Numbered from the stretch's first letter, positions 30,455-40,994 are shown. The stretch is DNA of 64,000 bases from Candidatus Falkowbacteria bacterium HGW-Falkowbacteria-1 (GCA_002840305.1 PHAI01000001.1:112074-176073); one strand, 5' to 3'. Numbers and translations are program-made. Notes: generated by a model from the sequence alone, not told the origin.

Positions 30455-30531
30455 TGGTGGCTGAGGAGGGGCTTGAACCCTCGACCTTAGCGTTATGAGT
30501 GCTACGCTCTAACCAGCTGAGCTACCCAGCC
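30455..30531 (-). tRNA. tRNA-Met(CAU), probably elongator (Ile2 not excluded)
   Basis: GGCTGGG...CTCATAA...GCCACCA; paired G1-C72; encoded CCA. Confidence 0.9.
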
Positions 30532-30539
30532 ATATTAAT

Positions 30540-30669
30540 TAGTATTTTTAAGATTATTAGGATTTTTATGACTTTTGGAATATCAAAATACAATAGTCAT
30601 CTATAAAGTATGGTTATTTTTAATCCTGAAAATCTTAAAAATCTTAATTATCCTAACAATCTTAATAAT
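30540..30669. repeat. Degenerate 9-bp tandem repeats in inverted arms between tRNAs
   Basis: TAGTATTTT-TAAGATTAT-TAGGATTTT... and AATCTTAAA-AATCTTAAT-TATCCTAAC-AATCTTAAT. Confidence 0.6.
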
Positions 30670-30670
30670 G

Positions 30671-30744
30671 TGTGCCCAGCAGGATTTGAACCCGCAACCT
30701 TCTGGTCCGAAGCCAGATGCTCTATCCAGTTGAGCTATGGACAC
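30671..30744 (-). tRNA. tRNA-Arg(UCG)
   Basis: TCTGG-CTTCGGA-CCAGA anticodon arm. Confidence 0.93.
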
Positions 30745-30817
30745 TAAACACTAAAAGACAATCAGTTAATATTAATTGAAAACAATAAAAACATTATAAT
30801 AAAAAAACATTTTTTAA

Positions 30818-31129
30818 TCAAGCTTTCAAAGAATCTTTTAGTTTTTTTCCACTTTTAAATTTTGCTACTTTTACGCTTGGAATTTTTATTCTTTCTTTCG
30901 GATTTCTAGGATTTACTCCTCCGCGCGCATAACGAGTTTTGACGCTAAAAGTACCAAAACTCGTTAACTTTACAGAGAAGTCTTTGCCTAGTTGTTCAAT
31001 TATTTCATCTATAGCAATCTTTAATATCTTTTCTACTTCTTTTTTTCTGATGTTGGGATTAGAATGCTTTTTACTTACAATCTCGGCCAAATCTTTTTGG
31101 TTGATAGTTTTGTTGATATTTCTTTTCAT
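30818..31129 (-). CDS. hup: HU-family DNA-binding protein
   Basis: FGTFSV..R..R.GVNP, KFKSGKKLKD. Confidence 0.93.
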   Translation of the reverse strand: MKRNINKTINQKDLAEIVSKKHSNPNIRKKEVEKILKIAIDEIIEQLGKDFSVKLTSFGTFSVKTRYARGGVNPRNPKERIKIPSVKVAKFKSGKKLKDSLKA

Positions 31130-31140
31130 ATAGCACTTTT

Positions 31141-32655
31141 TTATTTAGCGTATTCTATCACTCTTAGTTCTCTAATAACATTAACTTTTATTTCTCCTGG
31201 ATATTTTAATTCTTGTTCTATTTTTTTGGCTATATTTCTGGCCACTTCGTATGATTTAAGATCGTCTATTTTTTCAGGAGAAATAAATATTCTTACCTCT
31301 CTTCCGGCTTGGATGGCGTAACTTTTATCTACCCCTTCAAAGGAGTTGGCTATCCTTTCCAATTCTTCTAATCTTTGAATGTAATTTTCAAAAGAATCAT
31401 GTCTGGCTCCTGGGCGAGCAGATGATATAGCGTCAGCAGTTTTTACTATTACAGCCAAAAGTGTTGGTGGGTTATCATCATGATGCGTGGCCACTGGTAT
31501 TATAATTTCTTCTTGAATATTGAATTTCTTTAATATATCCCTTCCTATTTCAGTATGGTTTCCTTGAACTTCGTGATCAACGGCTTTGCCGATGTCATGA
31601 AGCAAGCCAGCTTTTTTAGCTAAAACTGGGTCGGCTCCAAGCTCCTGAGCTAACATTCCTGATAGATGGGCGACTTCGATAGAGTGCTCTAAAGCGTTTT
31701 GTCCGTAGCTGGTTCTGTATTTTAGCCTTCCTATTATTTGAGTTAATTTAAGATCAAAGGCTGCCACGCCTATGTCATAAACAGCATTTTCTCCGGCTTT
31801 ATTTATATCTATAGTTATGTCTTCTTTAGCTTTTTTGACAGCATCTTCTATTTTTGTTGGATGAATTCTGCCGTCTTTTATTAAATATTCCAAGGCTTTT
31901 TTGGCAACATGTCTTCTAATTAATGAGAAGCCAGAAATGGTTATTGCGTTAGGTGTGTCATCAACTATAATTTCAACTCCAGTCATCTGCTCTATCGATT
32001 TAATATTTCTTCCTTCGCGACCGATAATTCTGCCTTTCATTTCGTCACTGGGCAGGTCGACAGTGGTAGTTGTCAATTCGGCCGTGTAATTTGGGGCCAA
32101 TCTTTGAATCGCAAAGGCTAAAAGGCCTTTGGCTTTTTCGTTTACTATTTCATTTGATTGATTTTGTAGCTTAGCTATTCTAGATACAAGGTCTTCGCTA
32201 TTTTTTTCTTCAATATTTTTCAAAAGTATCTCCTTAGCTTCTTCGGGGCTTAAATTGGCAATTTGTTCTAATTTTTTGATTTGGTCCTCTTTAATTTCCT
32301 TAATTTTTTCCTTTATTTCCTGGACCTCGTTTACTTTGTCGTAGAGCTTTTGTTGTTTTTCTTCTAGGGCTAGTAATTTTTGGGAAAAAGCGGTTTCTCT
32401 ATCTTCTAGTCTTTTTTGTAAGCCGTTTATTTCCTTTCTTCTGCTTGCTTCTTCGTTTTTTGCCTCTTCTATTATTTTTAAAGCCTTTTCTTGAGCTTCA
32501 AGTTCGTATTTTTTTTGTTTTGCCCTTGCCTCGTTTAATATTTTTTCAGCTTTGTTTTCAGCCCCTTCAATTTTTTTGGATGAGGATCTTTTTTGGTATA
32601 AAAAACCAACAAAAACACCACCAATCAATAGTATAGCGTAGATTGCGTATTCCAT
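31141..32655 (-). CDS. rny: Ribonuclease Y
   Basis: N-terminal TM, coiled coil, KH domain KGRIIGREGRNI, HDIGK, YAIQAGRE. Confidence 0.97.
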   Translation of the reverse strand: MEYAIYAILLIGGVFVGFLYQKRSSSKKIEGAENKAEKILNEARAKQKKYELEAQEKALKIIEEAKNEEASRRKEINGLQKRLEDRETAFSQKLLALEEKQQKLYDKVNEVQEIKEKIKEIKEDQIKKLEQIANLSPEEAKEILLKNIEEKNSEDLVSRIAKLQNQSNEIVNEKAKGLLAFAIQRLAPNYTAELTTTTVDLPSDEMKGRIIGREGRNIKSIEQMTGVEIIVDDTPNAITISGFSLIRRHVAKKALEYLIKDGRIHPTKIEDAVKKAKEDITIDINKAGENAVYDIGVAAFDLKLTQIIGRLKYRTSYGQNALEHSIEVAHLSGMLAQELGADPVLAKKAGLLHDIGKAVDHEVQGNHTEIGRDILKKFNIQEEIIIPVATHHDDNPPTLLAVIVKTADAISSARPGARHDSFENYIQRLEELERIANSFEGVDKSYAIQAGREVRIFISPEKIDDLKSYEVARNIAKKIEQELKYPGEIKVNVIRELRVIEYAK

Positions 32656-32953
32656 ATTTTTATTTTGTTTTAGGAAGCTTTTAGCGAATTAAAAGAAACA
32701 AAAAAAGACTCGTTTTTAGTTTTTTGAGAAAAAGAGTTTGTCTTTATTTTTATGTAAGATTTTATTTTACTTATTTTGTTTAAAATGCTCATAATTGCTG
32801 AGTTTCCTAATAACCTTTTAATTTTAAATTTAAACTGTTTTTATTATAGCAAAGGCTTTTATTTTTGTAAAGAAGCTTTTTTGGGGCGCTTTTATTTATT
32901 TTATTTTTGTGGTATATTACTGTTGTGTTGTTTATATAATTAATGTTAAACAT

Positions 32954-35134
32954 ATGTTCAAAATGCCTAATTTTAAGCTAAAGCCGTTTATTATTATTTT
33001 TTTTATCGTTGTTATCGCTGTTTCTTTCTTGTTTTTGAAAATACAGCAAAAATATCAGGCTAGAAACTTTGTTGATAGTAATCCTAGCGGTGATAACTCC
33101 CCGGAGGTAGCCAGTCTGAGTCCCAAATATTCTTCAAAAATAAAGAAATTTGCTGATGTTGCCGATTTTAGCTCTTTCATTGAAAAAAATCAGGTTAATT
33201 TTGAAAATAATTATCTAAAAAGATCGGACATGGCCATGGACATAGCCTTTGCTTCGACAGAGTCTCTTGATTCTTCTCTTGCCAACAATGAAATGGTTGG
33301 CGGAACCGATTTTTCTTTAACGAACGTTCAAGTCCAGGGCGTAGACGAGGCCGATATTGTTAAAACTGACGGATCTTATATTTATTATGTCTCTGAAAAA
33401 ACTTTATATATAGTTGAGGCTTACCCAGTAGAAAATAATAAAATTTTAAGTAAATTAGAATTTGATTCTTATTTGTCGGATATTTATATCAAGGGAGACA
33501 GTTTGGTTGTTTTTGGTAACGAAGGCTTTAATTATGGTATGCCGAAAGATAGACTAGCGATGAGCATAGGTATAATGCCACCAATGTCCAACAGTGTTTT
33601 TTTACAGGTTTTTAATATATCAGACAAAACTAATCCTATAAAAGAAAAAGATTTGAAAATGGATGGATCTTATTTTGATTCTCGCTTGATAGGCGATTAC
33701 CTTTATTTCCTTGTTAACAATTATAATTATTATGGTCAAGGATTGCCAAGAGTTTCATACCAAGACAAAGAGTTAAATTTTAATTGTCAGGATGGTTTAA
33801 AATGTGCTCCTTCGAATATCTATTATTTTGATAATTATTATGATAATTTTAATTTGACTAGTGTAACCTCCTTAAATATAACAGATTTTAATAAAGAGCC
33901 AGAAAGTAATTTTTATTTGCTTCCTGCCGGACAAAATCTTTATGTGTCTCAAAATAATATTTATATTACTTACACTAAATATTTAAACGAGTATGAAGTA
34001 GAAACTGATGCTTTGTTGGAGATCATTTATCCTCGTCTATCAGAAAATGACAGAAAAATTGTTGATGAAATAAATTCTGCTTCAGAAAATATTTTGACTT
34101 TAAGTGAAAAAAGAAGCAAAGTTAGAAGGATTTTGGATTTATATATCAATTTTTTAAGTTTAGCCGAAAGAGAAGCCTTGCAGAAAGATTTGGATAATAA
34201 AATAATGGAAAAATATCCTAATATTTTGGAAGAGCTGGAAAAAACTGTTATTCATAAATTGGCTGTTTTTGAAGGTGCCGTTGAACCTATTTTTATGGGC
34301 GAGGTCTCTGGGTCTGTTTTAAATCAGTTTTCGATGGACGAATTTGATGGTTTCTTCCGAATGGCCACAACTAAAAATAGAAGTTGGTCAAGATTCGCAA
34401 GCCTTGAAACTGATTCTTATAACAATGTATATGTGTTAGATTCAAATTTAGAATTAACTGGTGAAATAAAAGGATTGGCCGAAGGCGAAAGGATATATTC
34501 TGTTCGATTCATGGGTGACAAGGCCTATGTTGTAACATTTAAGCAGGTTGATCCATTATTCTCAGTTGATTTAAGAGATCCTTATAATCCGAAAGTTTTA
34601 GGCGAATTAAAGATTCCAGGATTTTCTAACTATCTTCATCCTTATGACAATAATACTTTGATTGGTTTTGGAAAAGAAACTCAAGAAGAGTCAGACGGAA
34701 GAGTTATAACCGGCGGTCTAAAGTTGTCGTTATTTGATGTTTCTTCTGATGAGCCCAAGGAACTTGATTCTTATGTAATCGGTGACCTTGGTAGTGATTC
34801 AATAGCCTTATACGATCATCGAGCCTTTCTCTTTTCGAAAGACAAGAATCTACTTGCTGTTCCGGTTGTCTTAAGAGAGAGCGCGGGCGATAATTCGTGG
34901 GGCGATATTTCTTTTAACGGTTTGTTGGTCTTTAATATTATTGATAACAAATTTGTTTTGAAGGGACAAATAGATCATTTATTGTCGGAAGGAACAAACG
35001 AGGCTTATAATTATGAAGACTCTGTTAAAAGAGGACTCTATATTAAAGAGTATTTTTATAGCTTGTCCGATAATTTTATCAAAATAAACGAGATCAAAGA
35101 TCTAAAGGAAGCCTTGTCTATAAAACTAAAATAA
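32954..35134 (+). CDS. Secreted/membrane-anchored beta-propeller domain protein
   Basis: TNVQVQGVDEADIVKTDG, LNQFSMDE, GERIYSVRF, GELKIPGFSNYLHP. Confidence 0.88.
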   Translation: MFKMPNFKLKPFIIIFFIVVIAVSFLFLKIQQKYQARNFVDSNPSGDNSPEVASLSPKYSSKIKKFADVADFSSFIEKNQVNFENNYLKRSDMAMDIAFASTESLDSSLANNEMVGGTDFSLTNVQVQGVDEADIVKTDGSYIYYVSEKTLYIVEAYPVENNKILSKLEFDSYLSDIYIKGDSLVVFGNEGFNYGMPKDRLAMSIGIMPPMSNSVFLQVFNISDKTNPIKEKDLKMDGSYFDSRLIGDYLYFLVNNYNYYGQGLPRVSYQDKELNFNCQDGLKCAPSNIYYFDNYYDNFNLTSVTSLNITDFNKEPESNFYLLPAGQNLYVSQNNIYITYTKYLNEYEVETDALLEIIYPRLSENDRKIVDEINSASENILTLSEKRSKVRRILDLYINFLSLAEREALQKDLDNKIMEKYPNILEELEKTVIHKLAVFEGAVEPIFMGEVSGSVLNQFSMDEFDGFFRMATTKNRSWSRFASLETDSYNNVYVLDSNLELTGEIKGLAEGERIYSVRFMGDKAYVVTFKQVDPLFSVDLRDPYNPKVLGELKIPGFSNYLHPYDNNTLIGFGKETQEESDGRVITGGLKLSLFDVSSDEPKELDSYVIGDLGSDSIALYDHRAFLFSKDKNLLAVPVVLRESAGDNSWGDISFNGLLVFNIIDNKFVLKGQIDHLLSEGTNEAYNYEDSVKRGLYIKEYFYSLSDNFIKINEIKDLKEALSIKLK

Positions 35135-35161
35135 TAAAGTTATTTTTTCGTTAGTTACTAT

Positions 35162-35914
35162 ATGAAAATAAAAAGACTTTTTATCGTTTGCCATCTTTTA
35201 ATATTTTTGTTATTTTCCGTGGCCGTTGTAAAACCTACTTTTTTCTATTGGGTGTTACTTTCTTCCAATCTTATCCTAGTCTTTATTTCTTATAGGATTA
35301 TAGCCCTTCGTTCTGATAAAAGTTTCTTGAGGTATTTAATTTTGCCAGTTTTTTTTATTAATTCTTGTTTTTTTTATTCTAGTTTATTGGTTAGTAAATT
35401 GTTTATTTTCTTAATTTTATTTTCTGCCGTTTTGTTGCTTTATTACTACTACAAAAGTGCATTAAAATATTATTTTATAGAATCTGATAGAAAAAAAAAT
35501 TTGCCCTTTTGGTCTAATTTGTTTGGTTTTTTGACTGTTTTTTTGGGATCCTCGTTTATTTACGGTTTATCTTATTTTATAAAGATCAACAATTTAATTT
35601 TGACCCTTTTATTACTTGTAATTCTTTTTTTGTCTTTTTTCCAAAACATTTTTATTGAGAGATATTCAGGAAGGGCAAATTTATTTTTTTCTTTTTTGTT
35701 TCTGTTTTCTTTAGCACCTTTATCTTGGTCAATATTTTTGTTACCGTTTAATTACAACGTTTCTGGTTTAATAATTTCTCTTATCTACTACAGCGCCTTG
35801 AGTTTTGTTATTTTTTATTTTAAAAAAGAATTGACGGTTAAAAAAATAAAGTATAATCTTTTGTTCGTCGGTTTTGTTTTATTGGTAACTCTTATAAGCG
35901 TAAAGTGGAGATAA
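35162..35914 (+). CDS. Polytopic membrane protein
   Basis: About eight hydrophobic segments. Confidence 0.7.
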   Translation: MKIKRLFIVCHLLIFLLFSVAVVKPTFFYWVLLSSNLILVFISYRIIALRSDKSFLRYLILPVFFINSCFFYSSLLVSKLFIFLILFSAVLLLYYYYKSALKYYFIESDRKKNLPFWSNLFGFLTVFLGSSFIYGLSYFIKINNLILTLLLLVILFLSFFQNIFIERYSGRANLFFSFLFLFSLAPLSWSIFLLPFNYNVSGLIISLIYYSALSFVIFYFKKELTVKKIKYNLLFVGFVLLVTLISVKWR

Positions 35915-35939
35915 ATTTATAAATTACTTTTTGATTTTT

Positions 35940-37064
35940 ATGGAAAAAAAAGAAAAAAAAATAAAGACATGGTTATTAGTTTTATTGTTTTCGCTTATTC
36001 TTGGTTTTTTGGGCGGAGTCTTTTCTTATATTTATTCCTATAAGAATTTTTACAGCTTATTTCCTTTTTCTCAAGAGCTTGATCTTAATTCTTGGGATTA
36101 CGGAGGAACTAATTTTATTATTCAGGATGCAAAAAAGGTTGTTATTAATCAGGATTTGAAGATAGAAGAAAACATTGCTTACCTCAGTGAGGCCACGGTT
36201 GGTGTTTTTAAAAAAAATGAAGTTAGCCAAGATTTATATTTTTTTGAAGACAGCATCTTAAATGGCCTGGTAATAAGCAGTGACGGCTGGGTCTTCGTTA
36301 ATATAGTCGGTTTGCCTAGTTTTGATAAAAATATTTTAAAAAATGAAGATGAATATGTCATAATATCAAAAAAAAATAAAAAGATTTACGAGATAGAAAA
36401 TCTGACTTATTCTGAAAAAGATGCCCTCTTACTTTTAAAGATAAAAGGTATTGATAATTTTCCTGTTAAGTCTTTTTACAATTTTTCTGATTTGAAAGTA
36501 GGGCAATCTCTTTTGTCGTATACTTTTTCTGGCCAAATAGATCCAGTTTTTTTAATGTCTAAAAATCAACAGTCGGGCATTGTAAATATTGATAAATTTA
36601 GCAATAGTTTGATTTTTAACAAAAAACAGGATGATTTTTTTAGAAATTCTTTTGTTTTTGATTTAAATGGCGATTTAGTTGCTCTTACTTCATTTGATTT
36701 AGAGGTTTATCCTATGAGCGACTTCAAACCCTTAATATTTAATTTTTTCAAAAATAAAGAAATTAAAAAGGCAAAATTTGGTATAAGCTATATAAATATT
36801 TCAAATGTGTTAAGCACTGATAATGATTTTTACTCGGAAGGTGCCTGGGTCTATAACAATGGTTTGTCCGCAGTTGAAAAAGGGGGTTTGTTTGACTTGG
36901 CTGGCCTTAAAACCGGGGATATAATAATCAGAGTAAATGATTATAAAGTTGATTCCAATAATGATCTTTTTGATATTTTGAATAATTTTGTTATTGGCGA
37001 CAAACTTTCCCTTTATGTTTTAAGAGATGATAGTTTTATAGACTTGAAAGTTGATTTGAAATAA
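35940..37064 (+). CDS. HtrA/DegP-like trypsin-PDZ protein lacking catalytic motifs
   Basis: GLVISSDGW, DLKVGQ, DLNGDLV, PDZ AGLKTGDII; no TNxHV or GNSGG. Confidence 0.72.
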   Translation: MEKKEKKIKTWLLVLLFSLILGFLGGVFSYIYSYKNFYSLFPFSQELDLNSWDYGGTNFIIQDAKKVVINQDLKIEENIAYLSEATVGVFKKNEVSQDLYFFEDSILNGLVISSDGWVFVNIVGLPSFDKNILKNEDEYVIISKKNKKIYEIENLTYSEKDALLLLKIKGIDNFPVKSFYNFSDLKVGQSLLSYTFSGQIDPVFLMSKNQQSGIVNIDKFSNSLIFNKKQDDFFRNSFVFDLNGDLVALTSFDLEVYPMSDFKPLIFNFFKNKEIKKAKFGISYINISNVLSTDNDFYSEGAWVYNNGLSAVEKGGLFDLAGLKTGDIIIRVNDYKVDSNNDLFDILNNFVIGDKLSLYVLRDDSFIDLKVDLK

Positions 37065-37130
37065 TTTTTTTGTTTGTCCATCCTTGTTGATTTAAAATAA
37101 TAACAATAAATTATTTAATAATAAAAAAAT

Positions 37131-38309
37131 ATGAAGCTTAATAAAATAAATAAAAATAAAATAACCAATAAAAAAGTTTTACTCAGAGTTGATTTTAATG
37201 TTTCTATTTTAAATTCAAAAGTGAAAGAGGACTTCAAAATTAGACAGGTTATAGAAACTATAGACTTCCTTTTAAAGAATAATTGTCGGATAATTTTGCT
37301 TAGTCATTTAGGTCAACCAAAATCAGGTTTTGAAAAAAAATATTCTATGAAACCAGTGGCCTTGCATTTATCAAAAATTTTAGCTAGAAAAGTAGAATTT
37401 CTACCTTTTGATAAGTATTCTAAATTTCAAGATATTAAAAAGAGAATAGAAGCGGACATAAAAAAAAGTGATAAAAAACTATTTCTGTTGGATAATATTA
37501 GATTCTTTGATGGAGAGGAAAATGACAGCTTGAGCCTAGGCAAGTCCTTGGCCGGTTTGGCCGATGTTTATATAAATGATGCTTTTGCCGTGTCCCACAG
37601 GGCTAACTCTTCAGTTTCGGCAGTTAGAAAATACATACCATCTTACGCTGGTTTTTTATTGGAAAAGGAGCTAGAGAATTTAAATAAAATATTAAACCCT
37701 AAAAAACCATTGGTGCTTATAATGGGAGGAGCAAAGATTGCTAGCAAAGCACCTATAATTGAAAGATTGTATGACAAAGCTTCCTTTGTTTTATTGGGTG
37801 GGGCGTTGGTTAATAATTTTTACTTAGCTAAAAAATATAATATAGGAAAATCCTTGTATGATCCTGGCTCAGAATCTTTGATTAAGAAGTTTTTGAACTT
37901 AAAAAAAATAATTTTACCAGTTGACTTAATTGTAGCTTCGAAAAATAACAACGATAAATCCATAAAGAAGATAAAGAAAGTAACCGAAGTTTGTAGTGAC
38001 GAGTCTATTTATGATATTGGCCCAGAGACTATTAGTTTATTCGCTAAGTATATCAAAAAAGCGAAGACTATTGTTTGGAATGGGCCTATGGGTAAATTTG
38101 AAGAAAATGGATTTAAGAGGGGAACCGTTGCGATTGCGAGCGAAGTTGCCTCTTTGTCCAAGGGAAAGGCTTTCGGAGTTGTTGGTGGCGGTGAAACAGT
38201 AGAAGCCTTAAACTTATCTGGCATGAGATCTTATATAGACTGGGTTTCAACTGGTGGCGGCGCCATGCTCGATTATCTGTCTGGAAAAAAAATGCCAGGA
38301 ATTGATTAA
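37131..38309 (+). CDS. pgk: Phosphoglycerate kinase
   Basis: RVDFNV, SHLG, NDAF, GGAK, WNGPMG, STGGGA. Confidence 0.97.
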   Translation: MKLNKINKNKITNKKVLLRVDFNVSILNSKVKEDFKIRQVIETIDFLLKNNCRIILLSHLGQPKSGFEKKYSMKPVALHLSKILARKVEFLPFDKYSKFQDIKKRIEADIKKSDKKLFLLDNIRFFDGEENDSLSLGKSLAGLADVYINDAFAVSHRANSSVSAVRKYIPSYAGFLLEKELENLNKILNPKKPLVLIMGGAKIASKAPIIERLYDKASFVLLGGALVNNFYLAKKYNIGKSLYDPGSESLIKKFLNLKKIILPVDLIVASKNNNDKSIKKIKKVTEVCSDESIYDIGPETISLFAKYIKKAKTIVWNGPMGKFEENGFKRGTVAIASEVASLSKGKAFGVVGGGETVEALNLSGMRSYIDWVSTGGGAMLDYLSGKKMPGID

Positions 38310-38345
38310 AATTATTTTGTTATATTTATAATTAATCATAATAAT

Positions 38346-39605
38346 ATGTCAAAAATTAAAGAAATAAAAGCTCGAGAAATTTTGGACTCTCGTGGTAACC
38401 CAACGGTTGAAGTTAAGGTTTCTCTTGATAATGGCTTATGGGCCAAAGCTAGTGTTCCGTCTGGAGCGTCCACTGGAGTTCATGAAGCTCATGAGCTTAG
38501 AGATGGAGATAAAAAAAGATATAGCGGAAAGGGCGTACTTAAGGCCGTGAAAAATGTTAATAGTGTTATAGCCAAAAATCTAAAAGGAGAAATTGTATTT
38601 AATCAAGAGAAAATAGATAAGAAAATGTTGCTTCTTGATGGTACTAAGAATAAAAAAAAGTTAGGAGCCAACGCTATTCTGGGCGTTTCTATGGCTGTTG
38701 CCAGAGTAGCCTCTCTAGCCAAGGGCCAAGAGTTATATGAATATCTAGCAGAAACCTTTGATTTTGATAAAAATTATAAATTACCAACCCCGTCATTTAA
38801 CATTTTTAATGGTGGAAAACACGCTGATACCAATCTAGATTTTCAAGAATTCATGATCGTCCCTAATTCTAATATAGAGAAGTTTTCAGAAAAATTGAGA
38901 ATGGGCTCAGAAATATTCCATGAATTAGGCAGAGTTTTAAAAGATGCCGGCCTTGATACTGATGTTGGTAATGAAGGAGGTTATGCTCCAAATATTACTT
39001 CTACTATTTGTGCTATAGAATATATTATTTTAGCGGCTGAGAGAGTCGGTTACCAACCGGGTGTAGATGTTTTTTTGGGAACGGACGTTGGGTCTTCTGA
39101 ATTATATAACGCTAAAGAGAAAAAGTATATCTTTACTTTAGACAATACTAAAATGGGAGCTTATGATTTAATAACTCTTTATCATGAATGGGTCAGAAAA
39201 TATCACATGATGTTTATAGAGGACGGTTTAGCCGAAGATGATTGGGATAATTGGAAAATACTTAGCAAAGAGTTGGGAGATAAAATTATGTTAATTGGCG
39301 ATGATTTGTTTGTGACAAATGAAGAAAGGCTGAAGAAAGGAATAAAAAACAAAGTGGCTAACTCAATCTTGATAAAGTTAAATCAAGTAGGAACAGTAAG
39401 CGAGACCATGAAGACTATCAAGTTGGCCCAAAAGAATAATTATAAATTAATGGTTTCTCATCGTAGCGGAGAAACATGTGATGATTTTATCGCTGATCTT
39501 TCGGTGGCGGTTGGGGCGGAGTTTATTAAATCTGGCTCATTGTCTAGGGGCGAGAGACTTGCTAAATATAATAGATTATTGGAGATAGAAGAAAATTTAG
39601 CTTAA
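38346..39605 (+). CDS. eno: Enolase
   Basis: DSRGNPTVE, PSGASTG, SHRSGET, ERLAKYN. Confidence 0.98.
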   Translation: MSKIKEIKAREILDSRGNPTVEVKVSLDNGLWAKASVPSGASTGVHEAHELRDGDKKRYSGKGVLKAVKNVNSVIAKNLKGEIVFNQEKIDKKMLLLDGTKNKKKLGANAILGVSMAVARVASLAKGQELYEYLAETFDFDKNYKLPTPSFNIFNGGKHADTNLDFQEFMIVPNSNIEKFSEKLRMGSEIFHELGRVLKDAGLDTDVGNEGGYAPNITSTICAIEYIILAAERVGYQPGVDVFLGTDVGSSELYNAKEKKYIFTLDNTKMGAYDLITLYHEWVRKYHMMFIEDGLAEDDWDNWKILSKELGDKIMLIGDDLFVTNEERLKKGIKNKVANSILIKLNQVGTVSETMKTIKLAQKNNYKLMVSHRSGETCDDFIADLSVAVGAEFIKSGSLSRGERLAKYNRLLEIEENLA

Positions 39606-39614
39606 ATTTTGTTT

Positions 39615-40472
39615 ATGGATAATACAAATAAAAAAAAGACAGTCGTTCTCTTGACCATAAATGCCTGGGGAGTTTCTTCTGATGTCGAAAACAATGCGAT
39701 AAGAAAAGCTAAAATTGAAGATTTTAAAGATTTGGTTGCCAGTTATCCTTCGACAATAATCAAAACCTGTTCTGATAAGTTGAGTGAAAATTATAGAATC
39801 TTGGGTCTGGGGTTGAAGAGTGATAATTATTTTTATAACAAAAACTCTTTATCTAAAATTATTGATCAAAATAATTTTAGTCAAATAAAAATAGCTGATA
39901 GTGAAAATTTCCCATTAGTTTCAGTTTTTTTTAATAATCAAGAAGAGAAGTTTATTAATGAGGATTGGAAAATAGTAAAAAATAAAAAAGCCCTGTCCGA
40001 TCTTTTTTTTAGTGTTGATGAAAAGATAATTAAAGAAACCGTTAGTACTATCAAGTCTGGCAAATACGATTTTATTTTTTCTAATCTGTCCGAAATGGGC
40101 GATGCGGCCTTGTCTGGTGATTTTGGTCAAACAATTTCGGCCGTAGAAAAAACCTCTCTTGGTCTAAAAAAAATAGCCAATGCAGTTCTAGAAGAAGAAG
40201 GAACCTTGATCGTGCTTGGAGCTTATGGAGCGGCTGAGGATGTTTTTAATGTTAATACCAAAATTTCTAATTTTTCCAAGACTTCGAATCCGGTCCCTTT
40301 TTTGATCGTGGGGAAAGATTATCAAGGGAAAACTATAGGCCTAGAAGAAGCGCCCAACAATGACTTGAGCTTAATAAAAACTCAAGGTGATTTTTCTGAT
40401 ATTGCGCCAACAGTATTAAAAATAATGGGCCTGGATATTTATCCAGAGATGACAGGTGAGAGCTTTGTATAG
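39615..40472 (+). CDS. Shortened, degenerate cofactor-independent phosphoglycerate mutase-like protein
   Basis: VVLLTINAWG, NNAIRKA, YDFIFSN, TSNPVPF, DIAPTVL..MG, PEMTGES; follows pgk-eno. Confidence 0.72.
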   Translation: MDNTNKKKTVVLLTINAWGVSSDVENNAIRKAKIEDFKDLVASYPSTIIKTCSDKLSENYRILGLGLKSDNYFYNKNSLSKIIDQNNFSQIKIADSENFPLVSVFFNNQEEKFINEDWKIVKNKKALSDLFFSVDEKIIKETVSTIKSGKYDFIFSNLSEMGDAALSGDFGQTISAVEKTSLGLKKIANAVLEEEGTLIVLGAYGAAEDVFNVNTKISNFSKTSNPVPFLIVGKDYQGKTIGLEEAPNNDLSLIKTQGDFSDIAPTVLKIMGLDIYPEMTGESFV

Positions 40473-40490
40473 TATTTATTAATCATAAAA

Positions 40491-40949
40491 ATGAAAAAAA
40501 CAGATTTTAAAAAGTTAAATAAAGTTCAACAGGAGCTTCTCGAAAAAGCTTTTGAGGCGATGAAAAATTCTTATAATCCCTATTCCAATTTTTATGTTGG
40601 AGCGGCCATTTTAAGTGACGACGAAAGGATGGTTGGTGGAGCAAATGTAGAAAATGCGGCTTATGGAACTACTGTCTGTGCCGAGTGTTCGGCCTTGGTT
40701 AGGGCTAGAGCTGAAGGTATAAAAAAAATAATTAAGGTGGCCGTAATCGGCAGAAATAGTAAGCAGCTAGTGTCCGATCCAGTTTCTCCTTGTGGTGCTT
40801 GTCGCCAAATGATATTTGAATTTTCTCAAGTTTCAGATTTCGATATTGAAGTAATTATGTCGAATACCAAGATGGATAAAATTATTATTGCTAAAATAAG
40901 CGAACTTTTGCCACTGGGCTTTGGTCCAAAAAGTTTTGATAAAATATAA
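40491..40949 (+). CDS. cdd: Cytidine deaminase
   Basis: PYSNF, NVENAAY, CAE, PCGACRQ. Confidence 0.95.
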   Translation: MKKTDFKKLNKVQQELLEKAFEAMKNSYNPYSNFYVGAAILSDDERMVGGANVENAAYGTTVCAECSALVRARAEGIKKIIKVAVIGRNSKQLVSDPVSPCGACRQMIFEFSQVSDFDIEVIMSNTKMDKIIIAKISELLPLGFGPKSFDKI

Positions 40950-40994
40950 CAATTTAGTTTATAATTTGGATTGTTTTTGTTTTTTAAATTAAAC

